Shown here in pieces: positions 9,693 through 18,845 of a stretch of 63,661 bases of DNA (its first letter is position 1; the number at the start of each line of letters is the position of its first letter). The notes under the pieces are model-generated. The model saw nothing but the letters and a program-made list of their open reading frames with translations, did not search any database and was not told the origin of the DNA. This stretch comes from a virus (lineage: Duplodnaviria; Caudoviricetes), in the IMG/VR virus record IMGVR_UViG_3300048851_000168, positions 1-63,661 of that record; one strand, given 5' to 3'. The position numbers were made by a program, and so were the translations under genes.

Positions 9693-10017
9693 GGAATCCT
9701 CCGTAGATGGCGATAGTGGCCCACACCACTTTGCACAGAATGTGTACGGCTTGGTCGGCGTTCAGGCCGATGCGCTTCTCGCATTTAAGCCAATCGGTGA
9801 GGGCATGGATGCAGACCTCTGCAACGGCCAGCGGCAGCAGCCCGGTTATCAGCAGCACCGCGCCGCCGTGAATCATCGAGTGCGCGAACAGGGCGTGCGG
9901 CCAGAACAGCTTGCCCAGGTCGCTATTGCGATCCTTGGCGCGGGCAAGGAAGTCGCCTTGAAGCGGGTAGTCGCAGAGCGCATGCGCCGCCATCAGGAGG
10001 AAGAGCATTTCAGACAT
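9685..10017 (-). CDS. DUF3307 family membrane protein
   Basis: HALCDYPLQ..HSMIH..HALTD..DQAVH pattern. Confidence 0.8.
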   Translation of the reverse strand: MSEMLFLLMAAHALCDYPLQGDFLARAKDRNSDLGKLFWPHALFAHSMIHGGAVLLITGLLPLAVAEVCIHALTDWLKCEKRIGLNADQAVHILCKVVWATIAIYGGFHA

Positions 10018-10021
10018 TGCC

Positions 10022-10705
10022 CTAGCCTCCGGTCATGGCGGCGTCGATGGCAGCGTCCAGCGTGGAGCCGTGCCAAACGTTGAAGCCGACTGGCGTGTTC
10101 GGGTAGACCTGAAGGCGCCATATCGTGTTGGCGGCTCGCATGCGTTCCACCTCGGCAGGGTCGTCGTCGCTGAAATCTTGGATCGTGTTGTCGATCCAAT
10201 CCGATGCCGTCATGTAGTTGCAGGCATGGTCGCCGTCGCGCGTCAGATGAAGCGAGTTGCACGCCAAGTCGCGCAGCCACCGATACCGCGCCGCATCCCG
10301 TGCGTTGGCGTTCGCCGCGATGCATGCGTCCTCGTACTGCTGGGCCAGCGGCAGGCCGTCCGCATCCCCGCCTTCCTGCTGCTCGGCGGGGTGGGCTGGA
10401 GCGGCGTCGATCATGGCACGGTAGGCACCATGGAATTCCTCGTCGCAATCTTCGCTGGATGGCGCCGTGTCCCAGGCATCCTGCATCGCCTTCGTCGCGT
10501 TCTCCGGCACCAGCTTCCACCCGGCCGGCTGCTGCGGCTGGGCGGAGGTGAGGGCGGCACACCAAGTCAGCCACATTTCGTGGACGTGCTGATCCGCGTA
10601 GCCATCTCCCCATCGCGCGGGAATATCGCCGTCCGTCCAGATGGAGCGGACATGGTTCTCAAACTGCTCGCGCAGGGCTGCGGTATGGTCTTGGGGGGGA
10701 GTCAT
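10022..10705 (-). CDS. Hypothetical early protein
   Basis: GWKLVP, YRAMIDAAP, DAARYRWLR and LDAAIDAAM phage modules. Confidence 0.7.
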   Translation of the reverse strand: MTPPQDHTAALREQFENHVRSIWTDGDIPARWGDGYADQHVHEMWLTWCAALTSAQPQQPAGWKLVPENATKAMQDAWDTAPSSEDCDEEFHGAYRAMIDAAPAHPAEQQEGGDADGLPLAQQYEDACIAANANARDAARYRWLRDLACNSLHLTRDGDHACNYMTASDWIDNTIQDFSDDDPAEVERMRAANTIWRLQVYPNTPVGFNVWHGSTLDAAIDAAMTGG

Positions 10706-13245
10706 GCTGCCTGCTCCGTCTCGAAGTCAAACATGGTCGGCATGCTCTGATCGCGCGCCGCTGCGGCGCAGTAGGCCGCTCCATCAAGGAAGTATGTGGG
10801 GGAAAGCTCGCAGCCGCGACCTTGGCGCCCTAGCCGTACGGCGCAATACGGGACCGTCATGAGGCCGCCGAAAGGGTCGTAGACGACTTCATTGGGCATG
10901 CTGTATTGCTCGATGGCGCGATCGACAATGTCCAGCGGCAGCGGGCAAAGGTGCTGCTCTTTTCCCTTGACGGCCTGTGCGGTGTTCAACGTCCGCATCC
11001 GGACGACGTCGGTGAGCACGTCGGGGTGCCACGATTGGGGCTGCAGCAGCATGAACGTGGTCGGCAGCCAGCCGGATTTGTCGACCGCCTCGGCGATCTT
11101 CACATCGTGACGGAAGTCGTAGACATTCTCTAGGCTATGCCGCTTGAACATTTGGAAGATGGCAGCCTGATCCAGACCTTCCAGCTCCTCCGGCTTCAAA
11201 TGCCGATCGCCGCCTGATCGGGCGAAGCCGTGGGCGTCGAACTGCCAGCGCGGGCGCGTGTAGTTCCGTTTGTCTTTCACCACTGGAATATCGGCGTAGC
11301 CGTTGCTGCGATCGCTTGGTGGCTTGCGAAAGACCAGCAGGTATTCCGGCATGCCGGCGCCCATACGAGAACCGTCCTTGCATTGCTCGGTCCAGCCGAG
11401 GCGGTACGTCTGGCTGTTCTCCCGGACCACGTCCGTGACAATCGTCTTCCTGGCCAGGAACGCGAAGCCGTGCTTGGTGAATGCTGCCACGCATTCGTCG
11501 CTGAAAGGCTGCACGGTCTGGAAGCCGAAACCATTGATACCGCCAGGCGTTATCCGGTCCTTTACGTGGATAGCAGCCACCCGGCCAGGCTGCAGCACGC
11601 GCAGCAGCTCAGGGATAAGAAAGTCCATCTGGCGCCAGAAATGCGCGTTGTCGTCCGTATGCCCGAAATCGTTGTAGGACGGGCTGTACTCGTACTGCGT
11701 GCTGAACGGGATGCTGGTGACCATTAGGTGAATGCTATCGGCGTCCATTCGGCGCGTCTCATCTACGCAGTCGTTGTTCACGACCACGTACCCGGGGCCG
11801 GAGGCCTCGACGCGATCCACGCCAAGGGACCTGGTCAGTTTGCTCGCCATGGCGGCGTGCGCCAGACCGAACTCTCGAATGATGCCGCTCATCTTCTCCG
11901 CCTGCTGGTTGTGCTGCGCCCACTTGCGCTCGAGCTGGCGCCGGATGTCGCGCTCGGCCTCGGTGTAGATCAGGTCGATACGCACGGAATGCTGCTGGCC
12001 GAACCGCTGGATGCGGTGAACCGCCTGAATGAAGTCCCGGAACTTGAAGCCGATGCCCAGGAAGACGGCATGGTGGCAGTGGCGCTGGAAGTTGCAGCCT
12101 GCGCCGGCAATCACCGGCTTGGCGGCCAGTTCGGGGAACTTGCCATCGCTGAAGTCGATGATGGCCTGCTCACGAACGTCCAGGTCCTGGGAGCCGTAGA
12201 CGGTTACCACGCCCGGCACGGACGCCTCGATTGCGTGCCGTTCTGCCTCCAGGTCGTGCCAGATCAGGCGGTGTGCGGGCGCTGTCTCCGCGCGGATCTC
12301 CTGCAGGATGTCGATGCGTGCCGGCAGGCTTTCGCGCTTTTCCTTCGCTGCGTCGACCACACCGATTGCTGCGCTTCGGAACAGGCGCGCTTGGCCGTCC
12401 TTCTCGTTGCCTGCGTCGGCATGGTTAGACGGAACCTCATGCCAGCGCAGGTCCAGCTCGGGCAGCCGATACCCTTCATCGCTGAATCCCAGGTCGCTGG
12501 GGCGCTGAACAAAGAGGGCCCAACTGGCAACCCATATCCAGAATTCTTCTTCCTTGTGCGGGTGCAGCGTCAGCTGGTCGGCCTTCTCGATATTGCGCTT
12601 GAAGAAGCGCGTCTTCGCCGCGGCCACGTCCATAATTCCCAGGTATGCGGAATAGGCGAGCAACTCGATGTAGTCATTGGGGGAAGGGGTAGCCGTGGCG
12701 ACGAACCGGTACCGGATTCCTTCCGTGCGCACTCCGGCTCGGCGATCGTCGCCGGCGAACAGCTTCATGAACTCTCGGAACGTCTTGCTGCCGCCGAAGC
12801 CGCGCAGCACGTCTGCCTCGTCCAGGCTGGTCGCGTCGAAGGCACGTGGATCCAGCTTGCCGTCCCGGATGGTCTCGTAGTTGGTCAGGTACACGCCGGT
12901 CGGCTCAGCCTCCTCGACCCGGCGGATGAACCGCGGGGGCTCCGACCAGCCCAGTCGCTCCACCGCATCGCGCCGGAACTCCTGGCGGACGCCCAGCGGG
13001 ATGGTGATGAGCCCACGGCCGCCGGCATGCTCGCTGGCCAAGCGCACGGCCTCCAGCTGGATGACGGTCTTGTGCAGGCCAAAACTGGCGAAGAGCGCGC
13101 GCCGGCCTCCGGCCAGCAGCCAGGGCACGATGGCGCGGCAGTGCGGTTTCATGCGCGGATTGATCGCCTCCTGGTCAACCTCAAAGCCGAGGGATGGCGC
13201 GGCCGCGACCTTTGCGCGCAAGAACTCAAGGTATGCATCGGTCAT
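10702..13245 (-). CDS. SNF2-like helicase / N4-N6 DNA methyltransferase fusion
   Basis: FGLHKT, TNYE, LDEA, TATP, QAVHRIQRFGQ (helicase); TSIPF, HLCPL, YDPFGG (beta-class MTase). Confidence 0.88.
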   Translation of the reverse strand: MTDAYLEFLRAKVAAAPSLGFEVDQEAINPRMKPHCRAIVPWLLAGGRRALFASFGLHKTVIQLEAVRLASEHAGGRGLITIPLGVRQEFRRDAVERLGWSEPPRFIRRVEEAEPTGVYLTNYETIRDGKLDPRAFDATSLDEADVLRGFGGSKTFREFMKLFAGDDRRAGVRTEGIRYRFVATATPSPNDYIELLAYSAYLGIMDVAAAKTRFFKRNIEKADQLTLHPHKEEEFWIWVASWALFVQRPSDLGFSDEGYRLPELDLRWHEVPSNHADAGNEKDGQARLFRSAAIGVVDAAKEKRESLPARIDILQEIRAETAPAHRLIWHDLEAERHAIEASVPGVVTVYGSQDLDVREQAIIDFSDGKFPELAAKPVIAGAGCNFQRHCHHAVFLGIGFKFRDFIQAVHRIQRFGQQHSVRIDLIYTEAERDIRRQLERKWAQHNQQAEKMSGIIREFGLAHAAMASKLTRSLGVDRVEASGPGYVVVNNDCVDETRRMDADSIHLMVTSIPFSTQYEYSPSYNDFGHTDDNAHFWRQMDFLIPELLRVLQPGRVAAIHVKDRITPGGINGFGFQTVQPFSDECVAAFTKHGFAFLARKTIVTDVVRENSQTYRLGWTEQCKDGSRMGAGMPEYLLVFRKPPSDRSNGYADIPVVKDKRNYTRPRWQFDAHGFARSGGDRHLKPEELEGLDQAAIFQMFKRHSLENVYDFRHDVKIAEAVDKSGWLPTTFMLLQPQSWHPDVLTDVVRMRTLNTAQAVKGKEQHLCPLPLDIVDRAIEQYSMPNEVVYDPFGGLMTVPYCAVRLGRQGRGCELSPTYFLDGAAYCAAAARDQSMPTMFDFETEQAA

Positions 13246-13308
13246 GACAATTCCTCCTGCCCCGGATAAGGCACATCCCTTCTGGGCTTCTGGTGTTTCC
13301 TGCGGCTG

Positions 13309-13338
13309 TTGCGGCTCATGTCCGCCGCGCAGTACGAT
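13309..13338 (+). promoter_or_regulatory. Putative sigma70 promoter, copy 1
   Basis: TTGCGG-N18-TACGAT upstream of the 13362 ORF. Confidence 0.55.
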
Positions 13339-13361
13339 TCCCGATCAACAGGGAGCGGAAC

Positions 13362-13595
13362 ATGCTGGAAGGAACCCATCGATCCGAGTCGGGACGAGAC
13401 ATCGAATACCAGATCGAATTCACCATCGATGGCAACAGCATCGTATGGAGCGGCCGCGCGCGCCTTCACGGCAGCGTCTGGACCGACATACCGGGCGGTG
13501 TCAACGAGATTTTCGATCCCGGATTCGTCGCGGAGGAAGTGCATGCCTTGATGCACGCGGCCATAGACGACAGGTTGCGCGGCGAGGCGGGGTAG
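13362..13595 (+). CDS. Small acidic moron protein
   Basis: GGGAG RBS, own promoter, antisense to the operon. Confidence 0.7.
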   Translation: MLEGTHRSESGRDIEYQIEFTIDGNSIVWSGRARLHGSVWTDIPGGVNEIFDPGFVAEEVHALMHAAIDDRLRGEAG

Positions 13596-13599
13596 GGTG

Positions 13600-13629
13600 T
13601 TGCGGCGCAGGGCTGGGGCGCAGTACGAT
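13600..13629 (+). promoter_or_regulatory. Putative sigma70 promoter, copy 2
   Basis: TTGCGG-N18-TACGAT with the same flanks as copy 1. Confidence 0.55.
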
Positions 13630-13659
13630 CGGCGCGAGATTCGCAACTTGGGCGAGGAC

Positions 13660-14403
13660 ATGAAAGAGAACCTACGTTGGCCGGACGTCGTTGCGATAGC
13701 CTCTGTAGCTGGGTTTGCTGCGGTATGCCTAAGAGGATGGCCTGGCCCGCTGGGCGGATTCTGGGACTCGGTGATGAAGCCCGTTCTAGATGCTGCTACC
13801 GCCGCAGGGACGGTCGGCGTTGTCATAGTGACGTATCGTTTGGCAAAGCGAGAGCGAGAGGCATCGGAGCGAAATGAGGCAACCCGCGCCGAAATGGCAT
13901 GGGCTCGCATCGCGCCGGAACTTTGGGCGCTACATAGGAACGTGGAGCATGCGGCGCTTGCCGTGCGTTCTATAGCCGACCAGCATGACGGAGACACGAT
14001 CCGCGATGGAACTCGGAGCCTGCTCCAGCAGACTAGAGCGGCATTATCCTTAGAGAATACGAGTCGATCGTTGCCTGATCTGGTTGTGCGGAGCGATGTA
14101 AGTCTCCAACTTGCAGCCATACTTGGGCAAATGCCAAAGGTTCTGCGACAGATCGATGCGCTGCTATCTATGGGCGATGTACTCCCTAACGGCGCGAACA
14201 TCAACGCATTCATTATCCTGGAAGAGTTGTGCTCCCTCGGGGAGAAGATCGATGGCGCGCTTGGAAAGGTAAAGACGAAATATTTCGATCTGGCATGGCA
14301 TGAAGCACTGGCCGTAAAGCTAGGGATTCGCAGTCCGGAAGACCATTCCATCGCAAGCGATTTCATGATGTTGGAACCCATCACTACGCCGCCTCCTGCA
14401 TAG
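13660..14403 (+). CDS. Moron membrane protein (two N-terminal hydrophobic segments plus helical domain)
   Basis: GAGG RBS; lower GC; hydrophobic N-terminus. Confidence 0.75.
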   Translation: MKENLRWPDVVAIASVAGFAAVCLRGWPGPLGGFWDSVMKPVLDAATAAGTVGVVIVTYRLAKREREASERNEATRAEMAWARIAPELWALHRNVEHAALAVRSIADQHDGDTIRDGTRSLLQQTRAALSLENTSRSLPDLVVRSDVSLQLAAILGQMPKVLRQIDALLSMGDVLPNGANINAFIILEELCSLGEKIDGALGKVKTKYFDLAWHEALAVKLGIRSPEDHSIASDFMMLEPITTPPPA

Positions 14404-14481
14404 CCGGCGCCTCGGGCTGCACGGGCGAGAGATCGATCTGATTGCTCATGATCCACGGCAGCCATACGTTGTAGCGGTCTG

Positions 14482-14766
14482 TCATCCAGGATCCTTTGGC
14501 AGCTCGTCGGTGGCATGGCCAGGACAGCCACCCTCGGGGCCGTAGTCGAATCCCGTGCAACTGGCGTAGCTGCACGGGTTGCCACATGTCGTGGACATGG
14601 GGATAACTTCGTGGCCTTTGACCAGCTCGTCCATTAGGGCATCGTCGGCTTCGTCGGCGGTCATCGTGCGGCCGTCGTCGTGCTTGAACATCCCGCGCTT
14701 CTCGCGCTTCGTCATGTTGCGCAGGGCGCCACGGACGTTTAGGCACATATACATGGTTTTGCTCAT
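14482..14766 (-). CDS. Hypothetical phage protein
   Basis: ATGA-coupled; C..FDY..GCPGH end. Confidence 0.7.
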   Translation of the reverse strand: MSKTMYMCLNVRGALRNMTKREKRGMFKHDDGRTMTADEADDALMDELVKGHEVIPMSTTCGNPCSYASCTGFDYGPEGGCPGHATDELPKDPG

Positions 14767-16664
14767 GCTGCAATCCTTCGCTGCTTGGCTTCTTTGGGCG
14801 TCCACGTGGCCAATTCCGGCACGTTGGCCCGCACCAGCGCCGCGGCGAGCGGCGGGCATACGCTGTTGCCGCACATGCGCACCTGGGCATGCTTCGGCAA
14901 GCGGCGTCCATTGACGGTGGGGGCGATCACGTAGGTCGCCGGGAATCCCTGGGCGGCATACAGTTCGTGCGGCTCGAGCATCCGCATGCCGATATCAGCG
15001 ATGACGTACTCCTGTCCGGACACCGTCACCAGCCCGAGCCGGTCCTTCGTGGGAATGGTGTGCATCGGGTCCCGGCAATCCTGGTCCTGGCCGCCTTCGC
15101 CGTAGTACTTCACCAAGAAGGTCCGGACGTCGGCTACGTGGCCACCACCGGCGGTGAGCGTTGGCATCGGCTCGTCGGTCGCTTGGCCGAACTGGTTATT
15201 GCGCGGCTTTGCCAAGCGGGACGTGACAATGCAGGTATCAGCCTTGGCGGTCAACGTCTGCGCCGGCTCGCCGGCATCGCGAGGACGGCTTTGTCCAGCG
15301 CGGCCGCCGCAGCCCACCAGTTGCGCCGCAACCAGCGCATGGTGGTCAACCGTCGTTGCGGTATGGGCAGGGCCGTCCAGCGGGGCGCCGGGCCCGTCAT
15401 AGTTGCCGCCGTAGTGCTTCGCCAGAAAGGCCGAAACGAGTGCGTGCTTCACGCCGCCCGCCACGGCGGTACCAAGCGGCTTATCGAGGCCTGGAGCCCG
15501 CGGCGCTTGGCCCGGAGCCTCACCGTAGCCGGTCTGGACGAGCGTCGGCGCGACCATGGCGAAGTGGCCGCCCTTGACCTCGGCACACTGGGTACGCAGG
15601 GGCGCATCGGCGTCGAAGTTTCGCTGCGTCGACCCGTTGGCGTGCTCGGTCAGGAATGGCGCCACCACGGCATATGCGCTGTTCGCCGTCACGGTTTGGA
15701 AAGGCGCGTCGATATCGCGCGCGCCGGGGCCCCAACGCTGCGCCTTCCCAGGCTGACCTTCGCCGTGCGACAAGGTGACCACAAAGGGCTTCGCCGCCTC
15801 GACCACGTACCGCCGAATGCCACGCGCGATGCGCTTCAGCGTGGCTTCGGCGAGCGGCCGCGTACGCTCGAAGATGGACGGGCAGGGGATGGTCCAGTCA
15901 ATGCAATCCGCCGCGGTACGCCACGGCTTAAGCGTACCGACCAAGACGCCGGACGACGTCGGTACCCCGTGCGTCGGTTCCGGCCAGACGATCGGCTGCC
16001 CATCGCATCGACCGACGCCGAAAAGCCGCTTTCGAATTGTCGGAACGCCGTAATCGCATGCGCGGAGCTCCCGGTGTTCGAAGGTGTATTGCAAACCCTT
16101 GATCAGCCGCTGGCGCTGAGCTTCGGTAAGTTCCAGGACCTCAGTTGCCTCAACGAGAGCCGGGCTGTCCGGGTCGACGCCCGTGGTCAGCATTGCGACG
16201 AACGCATTAAACGTCTCGCCGCGGCGATCCTTGCAGGGCAACATGGCCTCCGTCAGAGGTCCCCATGTTCTGAACTCTTCGACGTTCTCCAAGATGAAAA
16301 CGCGCGGACGTGCTGTAAGCAGCCAGCGGATAATGATCCAGGCAAGGCCGCGTATCTTTTTGCTGACCGGTTTCCCGCCTTTCGCTTTGCTGAAATGCTT
16401 GCAGTCGGGTGAGAACCACGCCAGCCCCACCGGGCGCCCCTGCGTCGCCTGCATTGGATCTACATCCCACACGGACTCGCAGAAGTGCTGCGTTTGGGGA
16501 TGATTCATCTCGTGCATCGCCACGGCTTCAGGGTCGTGATTGATCGCGATGTCGACGCAGCGGCCCAGGGCCATTTCGATGCCGGTCGATGCGCCGCCAC
16601 CGCCCGCAAAGTTATCTACGATGATTTCGTGATGGACGTCTAGGAGGAACTGATCACGGATCAT
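14763..16664 (-). CDS. C5 DNA cytosine methyltransferase
   Basis: DNFAGGGG, SPDC, ENV, RKRLF, GNSV. Confidence 0.93.
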   Translation of the reverse strand: MIRDQFLLDVHHEIIVDNFAGGGGASTGIEMALGRCVDIAINHDPEAVAMHEMNHPQTQHFCESVWDVDPMQATQGRPVGLAWFSPDCKHFSKAKGGKPVSKKIRGLAWIIIRWLLTARPRVFILENVEEFRTWGPLTEAMLPCKDRRGETFNAFVAMLTTGVDPDSPALVEATEVLELTEAQRQRLIKGLQYTFEHRELRACDYGVPTIRKRLFGVGRCDGQPIVWPEPTHGVPTSSGVLVGTLKPWRTAADCIDWTIPCPSIFERTRPLAEATLKRIARGIRRYVVEAAKPFVVTLSHGEGQPGKAQRWGPGARDIDAPFQTVTANSAYAVVAPFLTEHANGSTQRNFDADAPLRTQCAEVKGGHFAMVAPTLVQTGYGEAPGQAPRAPGLDKPLGTAVAGGVKHALVSAFLAKHYGGNYDGPGAPLDGPAHTATTVDHHALVAAQLVGCGGRAGQSRPRDAGEPAQTLTAKADTCIVTSRLAKPRNNQFGQATDEPMPTLTAGGGHVADVRTFLVKYYGEGGQDQDCRDPMHTIPTKDRLGLVTVSGQEYVIADIGMRMLEPHELYAAQGFPATYVIAPTVNGRRLPKHAQVRMCGNSVCPPLAAALVRANVPELATWTPKEAKQRRIAA

Positions 16665-17113
16665 GTCGGGCGTGCCTCCATCTCTGCCTTAATCCGCGTT
16701 TGCTGCAGGATGTCTATCTGGTCCTCCGGATCCCCGCTAGCCATTGCACGCTGCAATCTAGGCATGTCGGAGCGCAGTTTGATCAATGTGGATTGTTGAA
16801 TGGGGACCAGGTACTTCAGCGCGATGTGCAGTTCGCGTAGGCCATCCAACGGCAGAGCCAAGTTGTGGCGCGTGGCCATCATTTCGAAATGCCAGATCAC
16901 ACCCTCGATTGCCGGCGCCGCTTCGTACCAACGGCCATCGCCGGCGAGGAACTGCGGCGTGCCTCGCCCATCGACGTCGACGGTGCCGTGCATTTCAATC
17001 TGATCGATGATCTGCTGTAGCGGGCGCAGCACCAGATCCGATCCAACCAGCATGGGGGTACGAATCTGCCTGGGCCGATACGTCTTGTGACGCGGCTTGC
17101 GGTGACGGCTCAT
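16661..17113 (-). CDS. Hypothetical phage protein
   Basis: AAGGA RBS, basic N-terminus, ATGA-coupled. Confidence 0.7.
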   Translation of the reverse strand: MSRHRKPRHKTYRPRQIRTPMLVGSDLVLRPLQQIIDQIEMHGTVDVDGRGTPQFLAGDGRWYEAAPAIEGVIWHFEMMATRHNLALPLDGLRELHIALKYLVPIQQSTLIKLRSDMPRLQRAMASGDPEDQIDILQQTRIKAEMEARPT

Positions 17114-17204
17114 GGTTCATCCTTGGTAGGAATATGGCGGACGGCCGCCTTTCCCCTGCCAGGGTTTGGCAGGGGGAGGGGATGCTGGCGGTCAACCTGA
17201 GGGG

Positions 17205-18845
17205 TTATGCGGCCTTGCGCTGCTCGGCGCGGACCGTGGTGATATGGGTGATCAAGGTCTGGCAGATGCGGTCGAAATCCCGCTCGTGGTAGAGCACCGC
17301 GTTTCGTTCCCGGCCGGAGGCCTCAAACCCGAGGTTGCGCAGAAACTCCGCAGTCAGGGAGAAGCCCAGACGCTCGCCGATCTGGCCCAGCTTCAGGGAT
17401 GGAGGCTCATTCTTGGCCGGAAGTGCTCGAGACCCGCCAGGGGATGGAGCGGCCACGACTGGAAACAGAGGCGATGTGCCCTGGACGTCAGGTGCCGGTT
17501 TCGCCGCCTGTTCAATGGCCGCGGCAGCCGTTGCTTTGGCTGCGTCCTCGGCGCGCTTGCGCTCTTCCTCTGCCTGTCGGTGGGCCGTAATCCTGGTCGT
17601 GACGACCAGATGGAAGTCGTCCGCTTCCTTGAGCGCTAAGGTGCCCAGGTCGGCAAATAGGAATTTGCAGTCGTCGACGTTATCTTCGTACCACGCCAAG
17701 TTCGCACGAATAGCCTTGGCCGCGGCGTCAGCCTTGATCTTGGCGTTTGCCAGTTCAGTGTCCAGCGCATCATGTAGGCTGGCCAGGGTGCGTTTGTTCT
17801 TGGCGCCACCGGGGAAATCCGGTCCTGGTTGAATGACCAGCTTGACCGGATGAATTTCCTTTTCGAGCGATTCGATGTGGCTGGCGTATGCCTCGCGGGC
17901 CTTGGCGATCGCGCCTTCCTTAATCGAAGTCTTCTTAGCCGTGACCAGCTTTTCTAGGGTAAGCCGCTTGGTGCGCAGCTGATCCCTGATGAAATCGATG
18001 GTCTTCATCAGATCGTCGATGGACGCGGTCTGGCCCAGCGCAGCGGCCTTGGCAGCCTCCAGATCCCGTTCCGCGCCGTCGCAGAACTTGACGGCGGCGT
18101 CCGCGTTAGCGAAGTCTTCGTCGGTTTCGAGATCGGTCTTGATGCTGGCGATGAAAGTAGTCGCGGCATCGCGGAACGCCGGCAGGTTGCTGGTGACGAC
18201 CTCGCCGCGTATCTGCACGGCGAGCGAGGGAAGGCGCATGATTGCCGCAGGCTGAGGCTTCTCCGCATATTCGATTGGCACGTAGCATTCGAGATCCTTC
18301 GCGAACTGGGCCCAGCCGTCTTTAATTCGCTGGAACCAATCCGGATCCGGCGAGACCTCGGTATAAACCAGCCGCTCGGGCGTACCGTCGGACACCGTAA
18401 AAAGCACGCGGTTCGCCCTGGTGATCATGAGCAGTTGCTGGCATTGCGGCATATGCTCATCCGGAACGACGCCGGCTCGTACCAGCGTTGCCAGCGCTTC
18501 GTTCCACTGCTTGTGTTCGAACACCGTGTCTTCCGTCATCGTGAGCCCGTCGCACGAGGCCGAGAGGTGGCCGTCCGAGCACGTAACCGGGTACAGGTCC
18601 TCGCCGATGATTTCTTCGATCATCGGCCGGGCAAGCGCTTCGACTTCGTGGCCGTAGTCAAGGATGTTCTTCTGCACCCAGTCGGAGAATTCCTTGGCGC
18701 TACCGGTGTGCTTCATGTGCAGCAGTTCCGTGCGCTTGACCTTCGGCGACAGGCCAAGCATCGCAGCGGCCTCGCTGGCGCCGAAGTGGGTAGCGCGGAA
18801 CTGGTGCCAGGCGTCAGTGCCCTGGACGAGGTTATGAATTTCCAT
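17205..18845 (-). CDS. YqaJ/lambda-exonuclease family protein with long helical C-terminus
   Basis: QGTDAWHQFR..GASE, GHEVE, ASCDG, EHK. Confidence 0.88.
   Translation of the reverse strand: MEIHNLVQGTDAWHQFRATHFGASEAAAMLGLSPKVKRTELLHMKHTGSAKEFSDWVQKNILDYGHEVEALARPMIEEIIGEDLYPVTCSDGHLSASCDGLTMTEDTVFEHKQWNEALATLVRAGVVPDEHMPQCQQLLMITRANRVLFTVSDGTPERLVYTEVSPDPDWFQRIKDGWAQFAKDLECYVPIEYAEKPQPAAIMRLPSLAVQIRGEVVTSNLPAFRDAATTFIASIKTDLETDEDFANADAAVKFCDGAERDLEAAKAAALGQTASIDDLMKTIDFIRDQLRTKRLTLEKLVTAKKTSIKEGAIAKAREAYASHIESLEKEIHPVKLVIQPGPDFPGGAKNKRTLASLHDALDTELANAKIKADAAAKAIRANLAWYEDNVDDCKFLFADLGTLALKEADDFHLVVTTRITAHRQAEEERKRAEDAAKATAAAAIEQAAKPAPDVQGTSPLFPVVAAPSPGGSRALPAKNEPPSLKLGQIGERLGFSLTAEFLRNLGFEASGRERNAVLYHERDFDRICQTLITHITTVRAEQRKAA

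Noticed and set aside
11728-13269. 513-aa + strand ORF, and similar long ORFs at 14889-16412 (+) and 41261-43198 (-)
   Set aside because: In-register antisense shadows of well-supported high-GC genes; no motifs or coupling
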